Source: Octopus vulgaris (taxonomy: Eukaryota). From it: DNA of 64,000 nucleotides. The DNA is taken from NCBI GenBank assembly GCA_951406725.2, contig OX597823.1, forward strand, positions 6,572,001 to 6,636,000, read 5' to 3'. The translations under genes were made by a program, and so were the position numbers. Shown here in pieces: positions 59,521-64,000 of the stretch; the first letter of the stretch is position 1; each line of letters opens with the position of its first letter. Under the pieces are notes generated by a model. It was not told the origin of the DNA and did no database searches. It was given only the letters and a program-made list of their open reading frames with translations.

Positions 59521-60520
59521 ATAATCATCATCATCGTTTAGCGTCCGCTTTCCATGCTAGCATGGTTTGGACGGTTCAACTGGGGTCTGGGAAGCCAGAA
59601 GGCTGCACCAGGCCCAGTTTGATCTGGCAATGTTTCTACGGCTAAATGCCCTTCCTAACCCCAACCACTCCATGAGTGTAGTGGGTGCTTTTTACGTGCA
59701 ACAGGCACAGATGCCAGACGAGTCTGGCAAACGGCCACGATCGGATGGTGCTTTTTATGTGCCACCGGCACAGAGGCCAGGCGGGGCTGGCAACGGCCAC
59801 GAACGGATGATGCTTTTTACGTGCCACCGGCACGGGGGCCAGGCGAGGCTGGCAACGGCCACGAACGGATGGTGCTTTTTACGTGCCACGGGCACAAGGC
59901 CAGTCGGAGCGGCGCTGGCAACGGCCACGTTCGGATGGTTCTCTTACGTTCCACCGGCACTGGTAACTCAGCTGCAATTTCCATTGATCGATTTCGATTC
60001 TGATTCTGATTCTGATTCTCACTTGCCTCAACAGGTCTTCACAAGTAGAGTTTTGTGTCCCAGGAAGGGAAGGTATGCATACGTGGTCTAGCTACAACCC
60101 ATGTAGAAGGCCACGGGTTATGGTCTCACTTGTCCTGCCGCGTCTTCTCACGCACAGCATACTTCCAGAGGTCTCGGTCTCTAGTCATTTCCTTGGTGAG
60201 ACCTAAAGTTCGAAGGTCGTGCTTCACCACCTCGTCCCAGGTTTTCCTGGGTCTGCCTCTTCCACAGGTTCCCTCAACCGCTAGGGTGTGGCACTTTTTC
60301 ACACAACTATCTTCATCCATTCTCGCCACATGACCATACCAGCGCAAACGTCTCTCTTGCACACCACATCTGATGCTTCTTAGGTCCAGCTTTTCTCTCA
60401 AGGTACTTACACTCTGCCGAGTATGAATACTGACATTACACATCCATCGGAGCATACTGGCTTCATTTCTCGCAAGCTTACGCATATCCTCAGCAGTCAC
60501 AGCCCATGTTTCACTGCTAT
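59521..60520 (-). mobile_element. 5'-truncated RTE LINE with 3' UTR ~60-bp tandem repeats and (GAT)n tail
   Basis: HSSETWAVTAEDMRKLARNEASMLRWMC...RRLRWYGHVARM...RGRPRKTW...DRDLW; tail at 59521-59536. Confidence 0.93.
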
Positions 60521-60559
<39 letters not shown>

Positions 60560-60628
60560 TATATATATATATATATATATAGCAATAACCATATATATAT
60601 ATTTATATATATCTATATATATCTATAC

Positions 60629-60703
<75 letters not shown>

Positions 60704-62051
60704 TTTTTGTATGGGTGTATGCATGTATACATATATATATATATATACATACATTTATATATATATATATATACACACATACATACAAACATATACATAC
60801 ATATATATATGTATGCATTTTGTCAACCCACCACCTTAATTATGATGATGATGATGATGATGATGATGAAGAAGATGATGTTGACGATGACGACAATGTC
60901 AACGGCAAAAAAGAAGTAAGAAGAATCTTGTTGATAAGAGTCAGATTCATTATATTAAAGAAGTGTTTGCTGTTGTTTGGAGATACTAAAATATTTTGTT
61001 ACAAATAGTCACATGGGTTTATATCTTTCAATGTATTATATTTTATTATCTTTAAAAGAGGTACATATCTTTGTTATGGAGGCTGAAAATGTTCAGAGTG
61101 ATTTGTTAATATCTTTGTATTCTTCTTCAAATGAAATGGATATAAAATACTTCTCTTTCATTTCAAATTTTCTAATATTTACATTCTTTGTTTAGAAAGC
61201 ATCTTTCCCAATGACATTCTTCCCCTCTCTCTCTCTCTCCTTCCCTCTCTTCCCGCTCCTTCCCTCTTTCTCTGAGGGCTTCACACCCTACAATTATTCT
61301 CTCATATACATATGTAAGAGTTAGCACATCCATCTCTAAGCTTGGATTCGAAATCGAATCCAAGAATCATCGGTCGTCAAAAACCAATGCATGTATAGGC
61401 GCGAAATTTAAAGATCCTTTGTTCTGTCAAAAAGTGATTGATCATCTCCCTTTGACCTGCGACCTCAGCCATGTCAGGCGAAGTTCAACTGGACAAGCGC
61501 TGACCTACTTAGTATGTCTATCTGTTGCAGTATGTCTATCTTTCTAGCTGTTTGAAATATTATAAATACAAGGGAAAAACAGAGAAAGACAGACAATCGG
61601 AGCTGACACACCAGCAGACACCCCGCGTTTTGGAGACGACAGAGAAAATGCCTACAGGCTACTGTTTCGAATGATTCACGCACACACCCACACACACAAA
61701 CATATTCATCTTTATTATGTGCTCTACACAAGCAATGCGTAGCATTTGCTTACAATTGTATGTAGTGTATTTATAATCCATGTAAATAAATCCCTTTTTA
61801 ATCATGAAACAATTTATGTATTTATTAATACACACACACATCCACTACACATACATACACACACGCATACATATATATCTCTCACATAAATATATGAGTA
61901 ATTCTATGTCACCTTGTCTCTCTCCCTCTCTTTATATATCTCTCTCTCTCGCTATTCTATCTCTCTCTCATTTAGATATATATATGTATACATATATATA
62001 TATATATATATGAATAAATAAATGGAGTTTAACGCTGGTGTAAATCAAATA

Positions 62052-62148
62052 TTTATACTTTCGACACATGTTTCGAAAATTCCACTGATACTATTCAAAA
62101 GAATAAATGGTATAAACAATGCAATCTTCTCTTCAGGAAAGTGTAAAA
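62052..62148 (-). ncRNA. Minimal type I hammerhead ribozyme (Penelope/retrozyme-like)
   Basis: tacactttc-CTGAAGA-gaagatt(loop)aattttc-GAAA-catgtg-TC-gaaagtata; canonical core, GUC cleavage triplet, palindromic mini stem III. Confidence 0.72.
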
Positions 62149-62284
62149 AACGAAACTTGTCAATAAGACATTTTAGCAAAAAATGATGGATTTGTATAGC
62201 GATTTACTTGGGAGATTTTTGCTACCCTGGTAACTATTTATTTAAGTTTTCCGTGTTAACTGTTAACAAGGTAAAAATACACTC

Positions 62285-62348
<64 letters not shown>

Positions 62349-62894
62349 ATATATATGAATATAGGCACACACACGTACATGTATAAATAGTTGTGTGTGT
62401 GTATGCCTTGATAAAAAGTGAGAGAAAGCGAAATCCCGAGACAATAAGGGATAGATGGTATTTCTTAAATACAACAGAATGTTGGCTAATTAAGGCAAAC
62501 ACAGGATTCTCTTTCAGCACAAACATTGTAATTATCTCTTTAATTACTTCGAATTAGTAGTAATTATTTGATTTTATGTTTAGTTTCAAACTTCATAAAT
62601 GAGATTATCATTTATATCTGTAGAAGCTTTCTTAGCCTATTATTTCACATATCATCTCAACATGAGTATTCTTTTACCAGTCTTATAGTCTCTTCTCTAC
62701 AATTTTCTATAATTCACTTCATATTAAAGATACTTTAAGAAAGTTTTGTTGAGCAAGACAAAGAATGGAGGTATTTGATATCGTTAAACCAAACAGAAAT
62801 AGCAGCTTGACAATCCCGTATATGCATAATGCATATATAGTTTTATGTATGTGTGTATATCTTTCTATATATCGATATTTCAATGTGCTCTCAG

Positions 62895-63290
62895 TATTTT
62901 ACTTGTTTCAGTCATTTGACTGCGGCCATGCTGGAGCACCGCCTTTAGTCGAGCAAATCGACCCCGAGACTTATTCTTTGTAAGCTCAGTACTTATTCTA
63001 TCGGTCTCATTTGCTGAACCGCTAAGTGACGGGGACATAAACACACCAGCATCGGTTGTAAAGCAATGCTAGGGGGACAAACACAGACACAAACATACAC
63101 GCACATACAGATATATACATATATATGACAGGCTTCTTTCAGTTTCCGTCTACCGAATCCACTCACAAGGCTTTGGTCGGTCCGAGGCTATAGTAGAAGA
63201 CACTTGCCCAAGGTGCCACGCAGTGGGACTGAACCCGGAATCATGTGGTTGGTAAACAAGCTACTTACCACACAGCCACTCCTGCGCCTA
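62895..63290 (-). mobile_element. Full-length-looking tRNA-derived SINE
   Basis: ggcgcaggagtggctgtgtggtaagtagcttg...gggttcagtcccactgcgtggcaccttgggcaag...ccagcatggccgcagtcaaatgactgaaacaagtaaaa. Confidence 0.85.
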
Positions 63291-63589
63291 CATATATACG
63301 TGCATGCGCAGCCACGCATAGAAGCCCATGTATACACACACAAATTAAAACGGTGTGCACCACCGCCACCGCCTGCATTGTCACCACCACCACCACCGCC
63401 TCCACCAACAGCAATAAAAACATGTAACCTTTTGGCCTAATTCACTCTAACTTTGTCAACAAAATACAAAACCCCAAATTGATGAGGATTTAGTGGCATA
63501 ATTTCAAACTAATTAACGACAGAAAATATTTATGAAAGATTAATATATAATTGCGGCAAGATGGCGACCTACTACTAAACAACAGCTAT

Positions 63590-63990
63590 AGCTACTAATA
63601 CGAACTACTATACTGTACACTAGATAATGTAGTCCTAGATACACTAGGGCTGAGTAAAAGATGGGATGGTCACAGGTGGAACATCTTTGGTCATAGGCCT
63701 GTCTGGATCAGGACTGACTTGGCGCTAAACAACGACAGCAACCAATAAATAATGTAGTCCTAGATACACTATGCCTGAATTATAGATGGGATGGTCACAG
63801 CTGGAATGTCTTTGGTCATAGGTCTGACTGGATCAGGTCTGACCTGTGGCTAAATAACAGCTATAGCCACTAATACTAACTCCTCTACTATACATTAGAT
63901 AATGTAGTCCTAGATACACTAGCCTTAGTTATAGATGGGATGGTCACAGCTGGAACGTCTTTGATCATAGGTCTGTCTGGATCAGGACAT
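63590..63990. repeat. Tandem repeat of a ~125-150-bp unit, 3 copies
   Basis: aatgtagtcctagatacacta...gatgggatggtcacag...ctggatcagg near 63625, 63750 and 63900. Confidence 0.85.
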
Positions 63991-64000
63991 GAGCGTTAAT

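Noticed and set aside
59567-60091. 174-aa plus-strand repetitive ORF
   Set aside because: Antisense of the RTE 3' UTR ~60-bp tandem repeats
61380-61690. CpG-richer segment with a donor-like aa|GTAGGT (minus, 61508) as the gene's first exon
   Set aside because: No supporting evidence beyond a common motif

Overview
Eukaryotic, AT- and microsatellite-rich genomic DNA. The SINE/RTE-LINE content and simple-repeat load suggest a coleoid cephalopod such as Octopus (inference). By hand-splicing I reconstruct one minus-strand gene with 14 coding exons (47535 to 11128, about 502 aa): ankyrin repeats, then a Mind-bomb/IAP-type RING, then a linker of four tandemly duplicated phase-1 micro-exons, then a C-terminal death domain. 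Each linker micro-exon carries one (D/E)-(K/R)-x-(T/V/S)-Q-T motif of the dynein light chain LC8/DYNLL-binding type, and all four sit in the same duplicated intronic unit as the first death-domain exon. One micro-exon has an AT instead of a GT donor. The rest of the window is repeats: a Helitron helicase relic and non-autonomous Helitrons, a mariner MITE, RTE, Hero/NeSL-like, CR1-like and L1/Tx1-like LINE fragments, SINEs, minisatellites and a ~4.2 kb tandem duplication. There are also several elements inserted in (TA)n, two with minimal hammerhead-ribozyme folds (one with a G3:C8 core covariation). Almost all ORFs in the supplied track are low-complexity artefacts.
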